A stretch of DNA of 32,000 bases from Promethearchaeum syntrophicum. GTDB lineage: Archaea; Asgardarchaeota; Lokiarchaeia; Sigyniarchaeales; Promethearchaeaceae. The translations under genes were made by a program, and so were the position numbers. The DNA lies in assembly GCF_008000775.2 (NCBI RefSeq), contig NZ_CP042905.2:1740001-1772000 (forward strand). Reading direction: 5' to 3'. Shown here piece after piece: positions 1 through 8,268 of the stretch. Position 1 is the stretch's first letter. Each line of letters starts with the position of its first letter. The notes under the pieces were generated by a model. That model was not told the origin of the DNA and made no database searches. It saw only the letters and a list, made by a program, of their open reading frames with translations.

Positions 1-1086
1 ATTACTCACCTCTATGGATGGTTGCAAAAGATCACCCAATTCTATAAAGCCAATATCTTTCCTGTGATTGTGTTTGATGGTAAACCCGATCCTTACAAAC
101 GACTCACAACCAAAGATTATGCTCGGGATTATTTGGCGGTAAAAAAAAAATATGAGAACGCAATTGAAAAAGGAGACTCTCAAAGGGCAAAAAAATTCGC
201 CTTATCCAAATCGTTCATGTTCCTAAATTGCATCCACGAATCCAAACTACTGCTCGAAATGTGTGGAATTCCTGTCATAATGGCCCCCTCCGAAGCCGAA
301 GCCCAATGTGTGTCCCTCCAAAAAGAAGGGTTGGTCGAGTATGTGGTATCCACTGATTTTGATGTCATGTTGTACGGATCCCCACAAATTATCCGAAAAA
401 TTACCTTTCAAAGCCGAAAAAAAATCCAAGGCAAGTGGGTATCCTATCAACCTAATATTGAACTGATTGAGACCTTTGCGAATTTGGATCGCATGGAAAT
501 TACCCTTAAGCAGTTGGTTGACCTAAGTATTTTGGTGGGTAATGATTATTATCCAGGAGTCAAAAAAATCGGTCCATCGAAAGCCCTGCAGTCCATTAAG
601 TATTTTAAGACTCTGGAGCGGATCATGCACAAACACCCGCATTTATTTTCCAATCTTTCACTCCAAAAAATTCACCGCATCCGGGAAATGTTTCAAAATC
701 CCGAAGTTATCCGAAAACCCAAAATAACCCCTCACCCACTTAATCTGGATGGATTAAGAAAATTAATGACCGATGATCATTCATTAAATTCAGAACGAGT
801 AGAAAAAAGGTTAACAACTTTAGAAAAAAGGCACACAAAGATGGCCAAGAAGTGGGATTTCGAATTGGAAAAACTCATTTATGAAAGAGATAATAACACC
901 AATAAATTCCTGCAAAGACAGTTGGATCGCGCCAAAAAGAAGATTCCCGATAGATTTACTCCGAAATTAGAATTTATATCAGCCATCAATTACAAAAAAT
1001 CAAAAACCAAATCAAAACGAAAGCCACGAGTCCAACAAAAAATATATCATAAAAAATTAATTTTGAAACACAAAAAGGAGGTATAA
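1..1086 (+). CDS. fen: Flap endonuclease FEN-1 (XPG/Rad2 family), 5'-truncated by the window edge, with a long Lys-rich C-terminal tail
   Basis: Frame 1 is open from base 1 (ITHLYGWLQK precedes the listed TTG at 22). Motifs VFDGKP, APSEAEAQC (acidic metal-binding cluster of the XPG-I region) and GNDYYPGVKKIGPSKAL (H3TH) match the FEN-1 family. Confidence 0.9.
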   Translation: MTHLYGWLQKITQFYKANIFPVIVFDGKPDPYKRLTTKDYARDYLAVKKKYENAIEKGDSQRAKKFALSKSFMFLNCIHESKLLLEMCGIPVIMAPSEAEAQCVSLQKEGLVEYVVSTDFDVMLYGSPQIIRKITFQSRKKIQGKWVSYQPNIELIETFANLDRMEITLKQLVDLSILVGNDYYPGVKKIGPSKALQSIKYFKTLERIMHKHPHLFSNLSLQKIHRIREMFQNPEVIRKPKITPHPLNLDGLRKLMTDDHSLNSERVEKRLTTLEKRHTKMAKKWDFELEKLIYERDNNTNKFLQRQLDRAKKKIPDRFTPKLEFISAINYKKSKTKSKRKPRVQQKIYHKKLILKHKKEV

Positions 1087-1194
1087 AAAAAATAGATCTA
1101 CTCAAAAAAGAATTAAATTTGCATATCTTGACTCCATTGTTCCTTGCATTCTATAGAGCAAAATTTATAATTTTGTTGTTCTTGACATTTGTTG

Positions 1195-1411
1195 ATGTGG
1201 GTTTTAAACCGTTTCGGGAGCGGTTTCAAGCATATTTCACACTGAAGATATTCCGAAGGATTCAACCTTTTCACAAGAATCACCAAAAGATGACCAAATT
1301 TTAGCGAAGTCTCTAAAATTTCTTTTTTGTGTGAAATGTGGACATAAAAATACTGTTACAGACCGCTTCTGTAAAAATTGTGGCAGGGAAATAAACGAAT
1401 CTCCTGATTAA
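1195..1411 (+). pseudogene. Small double-CxxC zinc-ribbon gene, apparently interrupted by a frame change
   Basis: A TATA-like TTTATAA (1164-1170) lies 28 nt before ATG 1195 (frame 1), which stops at 1243 after 16 codons. Frame 2 is open 1208-1411 and encodes ...FCVKCGHKNTVTDRFCKNCGREINESPD, but has no ATG/GTG/TTG before the first Cys. A strong T-tract follows. Confidence 0.3.
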
Positions 1412-1425
1412 AAATAATCCTGTCG

Positions 1426-1455
1426 TTTTTTTTATTATTATTTCTTTTTTTTTTT
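1426..1455 (+). terminator. Oligo-T tracts (T8 and T11), archaeal-type terminator candidate
   Basis: T8 at 1426-1433 and T11 at 1445-1455 lie just downstream of the zinc-ribbon reading frame and upstream of the next promoter. Confidence 0.4.
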
Positions 1456-1470
1456 CTTCAGATTTTGATA

Positions 1471-1479
1471 TTATAAATA
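1471..1479 (+). promoter_or_regulatory. TATA box for the 1499-5467 gene cluster
   Basis: TTATAAATA is centred ~24 nt upstream of ATG 1499, which is leaderless-type spacing. Confidence 0.45.
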
Positions 1480-1498
1480 CCAACTAACTAACATTTCC

Positions 1499-1810
1499 AT
1501 GGAATCCACTTTACGATCCCAAACCGTCCCTATCAACCCGCGTGAAATTAAAAAACATTCCGTTCTTTCTCAGAAATGCCCCATTTGTAAGCAAGAAATA
1601 TCATTTGGCGTCGAACACGGGTTTTTAGAGAAAGTCGAACGATATCCTTATCCTCATGTGATTTTACATGGGGATCCGCTTCATGCACTTATAGTCTATA
1701 TTGATGCGGATTTTCTGATTCGGGGGGCGGACACGGCGCGAAGTATTGAAATTCACCGCAATAGCAATACTTTTTCGCAGATCATTAAGAAGTGGAGTAA
1801 TCCATATTAA
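1499..1810 (+). CDS. Hypothetical protein with one CPxC motif and a His-rich segment
   Basis: 103-aa ORF directly behind the TATA box. It contains CPICKQ and YPYPHVILHGDPLHALIVYID. No family recognised. Confidence 0.6.
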   Translation: MESTLRSQTVPINPREIKKHSVLSQKCPICKQEISFGVEHGFLEKVERYPYPHVILHGDPLHALIVYIDADFLIRGADTARSIEIHRNSNTFSQIIKKWSNPY

Positions 1811-1835
1811 TCAAATAAAAAAGGAGAAAAAACCT

Positions 1836-2054
1836 ATGGCAACCCAAACCCAAACCCAAGTTCGAAATCACGATTCGAATCGAAAATTTGTTCGGTGTGC
1901 AATGTGTGAAAACGAAGCAACTCAACAACATTTTGTGGATGCGGCAGGCGGAATCTTGTGTGTGTGTGATAATTGTAATTTCATTTTAGAACTCAAAGAT
2001 CGCATTGCAGACCTCGAAGCCGAACTTGCTCTGTATAAAACTGAGGGAAATTAG
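1836..2054 (+). CDS. Small Cys-rich (zinc-binding) protein with a C-terminal coiled-coil segment
   Basis: ATG 1836 is preceded by AAGGAG at 1821-1826. It contains CAMCEN...CVCDNC and LELKDRIADLEAELALYK. The listed start at 1746 overlaps the upstream gene and lacks an RBS. Confidence 0.6.
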   Translation: MATQTQTQVRNHDSNRKFVRCAMCENEATQQHFVDAAGGILCVCDNCNFILELKDRIADLEAELALYKTEGN

Positions 2055-2396
2055 ATGTATAGTCAAATGAGTATCGGAGAATGTCCCGAGTGCGGGGATG
2101 AACTCTATCTTTTTAAGACCAAATCGCATAAAAAGGTCGCCAAATGTATGAATGATGATTGCCCAAAGCAGTTAGCCTACGGCGTTCCAAAACGGGGAAA
2201 AATTGAGGTAACGGGATTGAAATGTCCAAAAAATCATCTTCCTGTGCTGGCAATTATTCCCAATATCCGATTAACCCAAGGAAAATATAAGCAGAACACT
2301 AAAGGGATTTATTTCTGGACCAACTCTCCGTGTTTTACTTGTCGGGAACAGAACAGCTGTGACATTAGGAAAGAAGCCCAAGAAGATTATGAATAA
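2055..2396 (+). CDS. Zinc-ribbon protein, topoisomerase-type C4 finger-like, probably two ribbons
   Basis: The ATG directly abuts the upstream stop (2052-2054). CPECGDELYLFKTKSHKKVAKCMNDDCPKQ fits the CxxC...C..(C) pattern of topoisomerase DNA-binding Zn ribbons. A second Cys cluster is CFTCREQNSC. Confidence 0.6.
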   Translation: MYSQMSIGECPECGDELYLFKTKSHKKVAKCMNDDCPKQLAYGVPKRGKIEVTGLKCPKNHLPVLAIIPNIRLTQGKYKQNTKGIYFWTNSPCFTCREQNSCDIRKEAQEDYE

Positions 2397-2408
2397 CCGG
2401 GATGACCA

Positions 2409-2969
2409 ATGAGCCACAACTATGACGGATCGCTGTCGGGGGGCGATTATGGTTTTTTCTATCAATACACCCGCTTTTTGGATTACATTCATAATAATCA
2501 AGACCTCAAACCCTTTAATTTTAGGAAAGTAGCAAGTGATCTCTCTCTATCTGAAGATCAGGTGTTATTCTTTTTTCAACAATTAAAAATCTCGTTCAAA
2601 ATTTTCCTTGATTCCCAACAGAAATTGCAAGAGAAGATCATCAATAAAATGAATACTATCTATTTTCAATCGCTCAAACAAGATGAACATATCGAAATTT
2701 CAGAGTCGGATATGAATACTTTTGCGGATTTTCATTATTTATCATCGATTAAAGCTTGGACCAAAAACATTATTGAAAAACATCCTGATATACAATCCTT
2801 ATATGACTCCTATCCCGCACTTTTTGAAGAAATTAATAATAATAAATGGATAGCTTCGGAATCAGGAGCATATTTTTCCAATGAATGGAAGAATTTTGCT
2901 ATGTTAAACCAAGTTCCCGATATTTTGGAATTTAATAATTTGAAGTTGAAAGTGAAAAACGAGAAATAA
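2409..2969 (+). CDS. Hypothetical protein (186 aa)
   Basis: ORF lies 12 nt after the previous stop on the same strand. No motif recognised. Confidence 0.55.
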   Translation: MSHNYDGSLSGGDYGFFYQYTRFLDYIHNNQDLKPFNFRKVASDLSLSEDQVLFFFQQLKISFKIFLDSQQKLQEKIINKMNTIYFQSLKQDEHIEISESDMNTFADFHYLSSIKAWTKNIIEKHPDIQSLYDSYPALFEEINNNKWIASESGAYFSNEWKNFAMLNQVPDILEFNNLKLKVKNEK

Positions 2970-3052
2970 ACCTTATTAAGACCTTCGTTCAAATAAAATA
3001 CAAAGTGTTTAGAGATAAAACACGTCGTTAAAAAAAAGGGAAAATCAACAAG

Positions 3053-5467
3053 ATGAAAGATATAAAAGGAACACTTTCAATTTCAGATTTATTTCGCACG
3101 AGTAACAACTATACTTTTCTCATCGGGGCAGGAGCGTCAATGGAATCTCCTTCTAACTTACCGTCTGCGAGGGAAATAGTAAAAACGATTGTCGAATTAT
3201 GCACCCCTGACGAATATATTGAGTCTATTTTATCACTACCATCCCTTAAATATGAGATTTTGATTGAGAATATTAACAATATTAGCAGAATCGATCCCAA
3301 AGTGGAATTTTTGGATTATTTTGACAATAATATTAGCCCAAATTTAATCCATATGTTTATTGCTCAGCTGGTAATTAATGGAAGAGGACGACACCACATA
3401 ATTACAACGAATTTTGATTATCTCATAGAACATGCTTTTTCTAATGTGTTACCTGACAATGAGAAAGAAAACATTATTCCAATCATCACAAAATCTGATT
3501 TTTCTACCTTTGAAAATATTGATGATTTATATAAATCGGGAAAATTTCCCATTTGTAAAATTCACGGTTCAAAGAAGAATATAATAACCCAAACAAATAC
3601 ATCAGATTCATTAATAACGGATATTACTTCCTTCGGAAAGAACAGATCAGAGGGTGAAACATTCGCCATTGAACCGTTTAAAAAACCTTTAGTAAATAAT
3701 TTAATGAAAGGGCAAACTCTTGTGGTAATGGGATATTCAGGAGGGGATGATTTTGATATTAGCCCTATGTTACGGGAATTAGAGGAATTGAAACAGATTA
3801 TATGGATCCAACATTCTTCTTCAAAACATCCTGAAATTATCCCTATTTCAAAAAACCAAGATTTTCGGTTGATCAAGAATAAAAATCTAAATTCAGAGCA
3901 ATTAGTGATGGAACTCAGTGATCTCAGAGGATACGATAACTATATAATAAAAATAAATACCTTGCAATTAGTAGAAGTATATTTGGATGCCCTTTTGCTA
4001 AAGGGGAAATTAAAGAAAAAAAGCATTTTGAAAAATCAATACACAAGTAATTTTGAACAATGGCTTGGAAATAATGCAGTGTATAAAAGTATCATAATTT
4101 ATGAAAAATATTATTTTGCTGGAAATATATTATCCGATTTAGGTGAAATGGAAAAGGGGTTATCAAGCTATAAAAAAGGGCTTCTTTTAACACCCAAATC
4201 AAACCAAAAGGAAATATCTCTTTTCCTTAATAATATAGGGACGTTCTATAAGGCAAGGGGCGAATATGAAAATGCATTGAAGAATTACCATGAAGTTCTG
4301 AAAATTGACGAGCAACTCGGCGATCTACAGGGAAAAGCAACTGCTCTTAATAATATTGGGTCGATCTACTACGCACAAGGCGATTATGAAAATGCACTGA
4401 ATAATTACCAGGAAGCCTTGAAAATTGACGAACACCTCGGCGACCTACAGGGAAAAGCAACTGATCTTAATAATATCGGGATGATCTACAAAGCACAAGG
4501 CGATTATGAAAATGCACTGACAAATTACCACGAAGCAATCAAAATTGCCGAACACCTCGGCGACCTACACGGAAAAGCAGCAAGACTTAATAATATCGGT
4601 ATAATCTACGATGCTAAAGGCGATTATGAAAATGCATTGAAAAATTACAACGAAGCACTCAAAATTGCCGAACACCTCAGCGACCTACAGGGAAAAGCAA
4701 CAAGACTTAATAATATCGGGATGATCTACAACGATAAAGGCGATTATGAAAATGCACTGAATAATTACCACGAAGCCCTCAAAATTGACGAACACCTCGG
4801 CAACCTAAAGGGAAAAGCAACTGATCTTAATAATATTGGGTCGATCTACTACGCACAAGGCGATTATGAAAATGCACTGAATAATTACCACGAAGCACTC
4901 AAAATTGCCGAACGACTCGGCGACCTAAAGGGAAAAGCAGCTACTCTTAATAATATCGGGATGATTTACGATGCACAAGGCGATTATGAAAATGCACTGA
5001 CAAATTACGACGAAGCACTCAAAATTGCCAACCAGCTCGGCGACCTACAGGGAAAAGCAACAAGACTTAATAATATTGGGTCGATCTACTACACACAGGG
5101 TGATTATGAAAATGCACTGACAAATTACCACGAAGTACTCAAAATTGCCGAACAACTCGGCGACCTACAGGGAAAAGCAACAAGACTTAATAATATCGGT
5201 ATGATCTACAAAGCACAAGGCGATTATGAAAATGCACTGACAAATTCCCACGAAGCACTCAAAATTGCCGAACAACTCGGCGACCTAAAGGGAAAAGCAA
5301 CTGATCTTAATAATATTGGGTCGATCTACTACGCACAAGGCGATTATGAAAATGCACTGACAAATTTGGACCGAGTCCTTGAAATCTATAAAAAAATAAA
5401 CCTACCTAATTACATAAAGCAAACTCAAGATAATATTGAAATCGTGAAAAAGCGGATGCGAATGTAA
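3053..5467 (+). CDS. SIR2-like (SIR2_2 type) domain protein fused to a ten-unit TPR array
   Basis: The N-terminus has FLIGAGASMESPSNLPSAREI, IITTNFDYLIEHA, CKIHGS and LVVMGYSGGDDFDI (Rossmann Gly loop, catalytic Asn/Asp and His positions of SIR2). The C-terminal half is 10 x 40-aa kinesin-light-chain-type TPRs (NNIGxIYxAQGDYENALxNYxEALKI...). No GK[ST] P-loop is seen between the domains. Confidence 0.85.
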   Translation: MKDIKGTLSISDLFRTSNNYTFLIGAGASMESPSNLPSAREIVKTIVELCTPDEYIESILSLPSLKYEILIENINNISRIDPKVEFLDYFDNNISPNLIHMFIAQLVINGRGRHHIITTNFDYLIEHAFSNVLPDNEKENIIPIITKSDFSTFENIDDLYKSGKFPICKIHGSKKNIITQTNTSDSLITDITSFGKNRSEGETFAIEPFKKPLVNNLMKGQTLVVMGYSGGDDFDISPMLRELEELKQIIWIQHSSSKHPEIIPISKNQDFRLIKNKNLNSEQLVMELSDLRGYDNYIIKINTLQLVEVYLDALLLKGKLKKKSILKNQYTSNFEQWLGNNAVYKSIIIYEKYYFAGNILSDLGEMEKGLSSYKKGLLLTPKSNQKEISLFLNNIGTFYKARGEYENALKNYHEVLKIDEQLGDLQGKATALNNIGSIYYAQGDYENALNNYQEALKIDEHLGDLQGKATDLNNIGMIYKAQGDYENALTNYHEAIKIAEHLGDLHGKAARLNNIGIIYDAKGDYENALKNYNEALKIAEHLSDLQGKATRLNNIGMIYNDKGDYENALNNYHEALKIDEHLGNLKGKATDLNNIGSIYYAQGDYENALNNYHEALKIAERLGDLKGKAATLNNIGMIYDAQGDYENALTNYDEALKIANQLGDLQGKATRLNNIGSIYYTQGDYENALTNYHEVLKIAEQLGDLQGKATRLNNIGMIYKAQGDYENALTNSHEALKIAEQLGDLKGKATDLNNIGSIYYAQGDYENALTNLDRVLEIYKKINLPNYIKQTQDNIEIVKKRMRM
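4229..5428 (+). repeat. Ten in-frame tandem 120-bp units (40-aa TPR units); the last unit degenerates
   Basis: GGCGATTATGAAAATGCACTGA recurs every 120 nt, at 4380, 4500 and so on up to 5340. Unit 2 (4349-4468) and unit 6 (4829-4948) share their first 62 nt exactly and 109/120 nt overall by hand count. Confidence 0.95.
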
Positions 5468-5557
5468 TTGTTTCTATAGGTTAATTGAATGAGAATTGGT
5501 ATAATTTTGCTGTGAGTGAGGGTTTTTAAATCCTCAAACGATTTTACATTGCGACTT

Positions 5558-5564
5558 AAAAAAA
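5558..5564 (-). terminator. T7 tract downstream of the GTPase gene
   Basis: A7 on the + strand (T7 on the - strand) lies 10 nt past the stop at 5575-5577. Confidence 0.3.
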
Positions 5565-5574
5565 TTTTAGTTCA

Positions 5575-6183
5575 TTAAATCAGTTTCTGCCTCAATATTT
5601 TCTGTATCATATCAATAAAAATTCTCTTAACATTTCTTAATTCACTTCTATCAATTGCTACCGCAGGATATACTATTCTAAATCCGAGAGCATCTTTATG
5701 AGCAAGAGGTAATCGCATAATCCTTCGAAACCGATCTTCTTTAACCACATCGGGAAGATCCCTTTTGTTTAATTGAATAAGAATTGGAATATTATCCCGA
5801 TGAATAAACGATTTGAGTTCCTCGAATGATCTGAGGTTGTTATCCATTTTATCCAACGAAGAATCCGCCACAAAAATCACCCCATCGGCATTTTGGAGAA
5901 CATATTCTCTTGTAGATAAAAATCGTTCCTGACCTGTAGTGGTCGCCACATTCACAATCACATCCAAGTTGAACGACGCCAACGAAAACTTAAAATGGAC
6001 CGAATCATTCCACAACGTTCTCTCATCGGTTGTAGCAATCGAAAAGCCATGGCTAATTTTGTAAGGGGCAAAGATTTCTTGCAGTCGTTCAAAATTGGTG
6101 GTTTTTCCTGCCTCGCCACAGCCCCAATACATAATTTTGAGTTGCATGAGTTTGGTTTTCGGAAGGGCTTTAGTCGAAATCAT
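5575..6183 (-). CDS. mglA: MglA-like small Ras-superfamily GTPase
   Basis: G1 is GCGEAGKTT. G3 is TTTGQE, with Thr replacing the usual Asp as in MglA TVPGQ. G4 is NKRD. The DGVIFVADSS and QLNKRDLP blocks resemble Myxococcus MglA as I recall it. The listed start 6204 is TTG; ATG 6183 or ATG 6147 (MQLKIMYWG...) is more plausible. Confidence 0.85.
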   Translation of the reverse strand: MISTKALPKTKLMQLKIMYWGCGEAGKTTNFERLQEIFAPYKISHGFSIATTDERTLWNDSVHFKFSLASFNLDVIVNVATTTGQERFLSTREYVLQNADGVIFVADSSLDKMDNNLRSFEELKSFIHRDNIPILIQLNKRDLPDVVKEDRFRRIMRLPLAHKDALGFRIVYPAVAIDRSELRNVKRIFIDMIQKILRQKLI

Positions 6184-6718
6184 CGTCAATCCCCCCCAGC
6201 ACAAATAGTTCGCGCTTCATTTGATTAATATGGCTCAAAAACTCGGCTTCGGACATTTTCATGGTTTTATTCATGTCAATATCCTGTTTTATCTTTTCCT
6301 TAATCCCGGCGGATGCTCTTTGCATTAACATCACAATAAGACCGATATTTATCTTGTTTTTCCCAATAACTATCAAGACAATTTCTTTAGGAAAAGGTTG
6401 CACATCCACATAACCAATCGAATGCACGAAGAACTTTTTATCATCAAAAATCAGAGTAGCGCGTTTTAGGTCACTGGCGGAAAAGAAATCCCGAGCTTGT
6501 TTTCCTATACCATACAGTGCTGCCCCAATTGCCCCGACATCCCAATAATTGATATCTGTGTCAAAAAAGGTATTGGTGGCAAGAACTTTGGCATCGGAGT
6601 CGGTGATCACCAACCCCATGAGTGAAGAAGTGTGTGAAAGTTGCCCGTATTTGAGTCTGATATCATCCAAGATTTTAGCAAGACCATTGCCTCTGATCTG
6701 ATCAGGAACTGTTTTCAT
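6170..6718 (-). CDS. mglB: Roadblock/LC7 domain protein (MglB-like) with a C-terminal extension
   Basis: LMGLVITDSDAKVLATN...GAIGAALYGIGKQARDFF...ATLIFDDKKFFVHSIG fits the Roadblock/LC7 pattern. It lies immediately upstream of the GTPase on the same strand. Confidence 0.7.
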   Translation of the reverse strand: MKTVPDQIRGNGLAKILDDIRLKYGQLSHTSSLMGLVITDSDAKVLATNTFFDTDINYWDVGAIGAALYGIGKQARDFFSASDLKRATLIFDDKKFFVHSIGYVDVQPFPKEIVLIVIGKNKINIGLIVMLMQRASAGIKEKIKQDIDMNKTMKMSEAEFLSHINQMKRELFVLGGIDDDFD

Positions 6719-6739
6719 GAAAAATTAGGACAATGGAAG

Positions 6740-6748
6740 TTTATAAAA
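6740..6748 (-). promoter_or_regulatory. TATA box for the Roadblock-GTPase bicistron
   Basis: The minus strand reads GCTTTTATAAAC, centred ~26 nt upstream of ATG 6718. Confidence 0.45.
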
Positions 6749-6750
6749 GC

Positions 6751-6760
6751 AAAAAAAAAA
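6751..6760 (-). terminator. T10 tract immediately after the 499-aa gene
   Basis: A10 on the + strand (T10 on the - strand) directly abuts the stop codon at 6761-6763. Confidence 0.45.
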
Positions 6761-8260
6761 TTAATCTTGGAATAATTTAAAGATTTTATTTTGGGAATCT
6801 CTCGTTCTGGCTCTCAACGATGTAATTAATTCAGGATTGAAGTCTCTTTCCCCATATTCTTTCTTTAGTGCGGTTAGTTTTTTTTGATATTCTCGATGGA
6901 AATTTCTGATTTCGGGGGATTTGGATTCATGGGCAAACATTTTTTCAAATTCTTTGGGAGACACAGATTGAGGCTTCTTTTCCACAGGTAAAATATGCGA
7001 CACCATCGGTTCTTTTTTGAGATGGGATCGTATGATTTCATCCTCCGCATATTGAAATAAATCCATTGTCTTGAATTCGGGAGACGCAAACATCGAGCAA
7101 ATATCAATAATTTGGGCATGTTTATCCAGTAAGTACTGCCCGATTTGAGATTTGGTTATATTTGCACTTTTGATTTCTTCCCTGATATAATATAAAAATA
7201 ACTTTTGGAAGAATTCCATCGGGATTTCGGTTTGCCATTGGTGGGTTCTGAGATAACAATATTTTTTTTCAGGAGTAGAAAAGGTATCGTGGGTAGGAAT
7301 GGTAATATCTCTTAATGAAAAGGAAAAGGCGTTAAACGTACTATCATTACTTAACAACCCCCATATTTCCTCATTGATTTGATCCTCTTTGTATATTTCA
7401 ATTTCTTCGATAATTGAGTCTTTTTTAATGATTGTGGATTCTATGGGTTCTTGTTGAAATGATACTTCATTTTTCTCTTGGTCTTTCGATTCAATTATAT
7501 GATTTTTTTCCTCTCTTTTTTCCTCTTGTGCTGGTTCTTCGGGATTTTTTGGCAAACTGCTGGGTTTTATGGTTTTTTTTGTATATTCGGGCAATTTTAC
7601 ATTATAATATTTCTCACAAATAGCACATATAGCCTTTTGTTCAAAAGTGGTCAAATCTTTACAGAAATCTTGATAATCTTTTTTTTGTATTCCGGGCAAG
7701 ATTTGAAACAAATCTCCTACTTTCTCCTCAATGGATGATAAATATTCCTTGAGGGCAAAAATCCCATCCGTTTTGAGCCTCGAAATAAGAGTGTCTTTTA
7801 TCCATTTATATGCTAAGGAATTAGCAGAGATTAACGATTTTGGGGTTAACTGCGAAATTTTTTTAATTTTTTTGTTAAACACCGCTATCTGCTGAAAATC
7901 GGAATAATCGATCTTTTGATCTTTTTCTAGCGCAAGAAATAAAATCTCAGGATATTTGATCACTTCATTCATTGATGCTTGAGATACATTCTTGAGGAGA
8001 AGGATCGATTTTTTTTCGCCGTCATCATACTGACTGAAATATCCTTCGAGATGCGCTGGATTGGTGATGTTATTCATATCGATTTCTTCGATAATATAAA
8101 ACACTCGCAATAATTCGAAGAGGCCATCCAATTTAGCACTATATTCGAAAGGGCGAATTACCACACTGCATCCTTTAATTAAAAGTAAATAGAGCAGTTT
8201 TTGGTGCACATAATCATAATTAAGTTCGGTTGAAGATTCCATCATCATTAGTAGTTCCAC
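6761..8260 (-). CDS. Hypothetical protein (499 aa) with an acidic central linker
   Basis: Long ORF with no family recognised. The central stretch is Glu/Lys-rich (PEEPAQEEKREEKNH...). The likely true start is ATG 8248, which sits 26 nt below a TATA box; the listed start 8260 is GTG. Confidence 0.7.
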   Translation of the reverse strand: MELLMMMESSTELNYDYVHQKLLYLLLIKGCSVVIRPFEYSAKLDGLFELLRVFYIIEEIDMNNITNPAHLEGYFSQYDDGEKKSILLLKNVSQASMNEVIKYPEILFLALEKDQKIDYSDFQQIAVFNKKIKKISQLTPKSLISANSLAYKWIKDTLISRLKTDGIFALKEYLSSIEEKVGDLFQILPGIQKKDYQDFCKDLTTFEQKAICAICEKYYNVKLPEYTKKTIKPSSLPKNPEEPAQEEKREEKNHIIESKDQEKNEVSFQQEPIESTIIKKDSIIEEIEIYKEDQINEEIWGLLSNDSTFNAFSFSLRDITIPTHDTFSTPEKKYCYLRTHQWQTEIPMEFFQKLFLYYIREEIKSANITKSQIGQYLLDKHAQIIDICSMFASPEFKTMDLFQYAEDEIIRSHLKKEPMVSHILPVEKKPQSVSPKEFEKMFAHESKSPEIRNFHREYQKKLTALKKEYGERDFNPELITSLRARTRDSQNKIFKLFQD

Positions 8261-8268
8261 CTGGCGGG

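Noticed and set aside
1119-1304. 61-aa TTG-initiated ORF
   Set aside because: It is a Phe/Leu-rich translation of AT-rich DNA with no motif, and it overlaps the more plausible promoter plus zinc-ribbon unit.
1746-1835. N-terminal extension of the 1836-2054 gene as listed in the track
   Set aside because: The extension overlaps the 3' end of the preceding gene and lacks an RBS. ATG 1836 has AAGGAG 10 nt upstream.
1860-1880. TTCGAATC strings (also near 27445-27460) resembling tRNA T-loops
   Set aside because: Both lie inside well-supported coding frames, and neither has surrounding acceptor or anticodon stem complementarity.
4229-5428. Regular 120-bp periodicity that could be mistaken for a CRISPR or satellite array
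   Set aside because: The units are contiguous with no unique spacers. They are in frame within a long ORF and encode TPR helices, so this is a coding tandem repeat.
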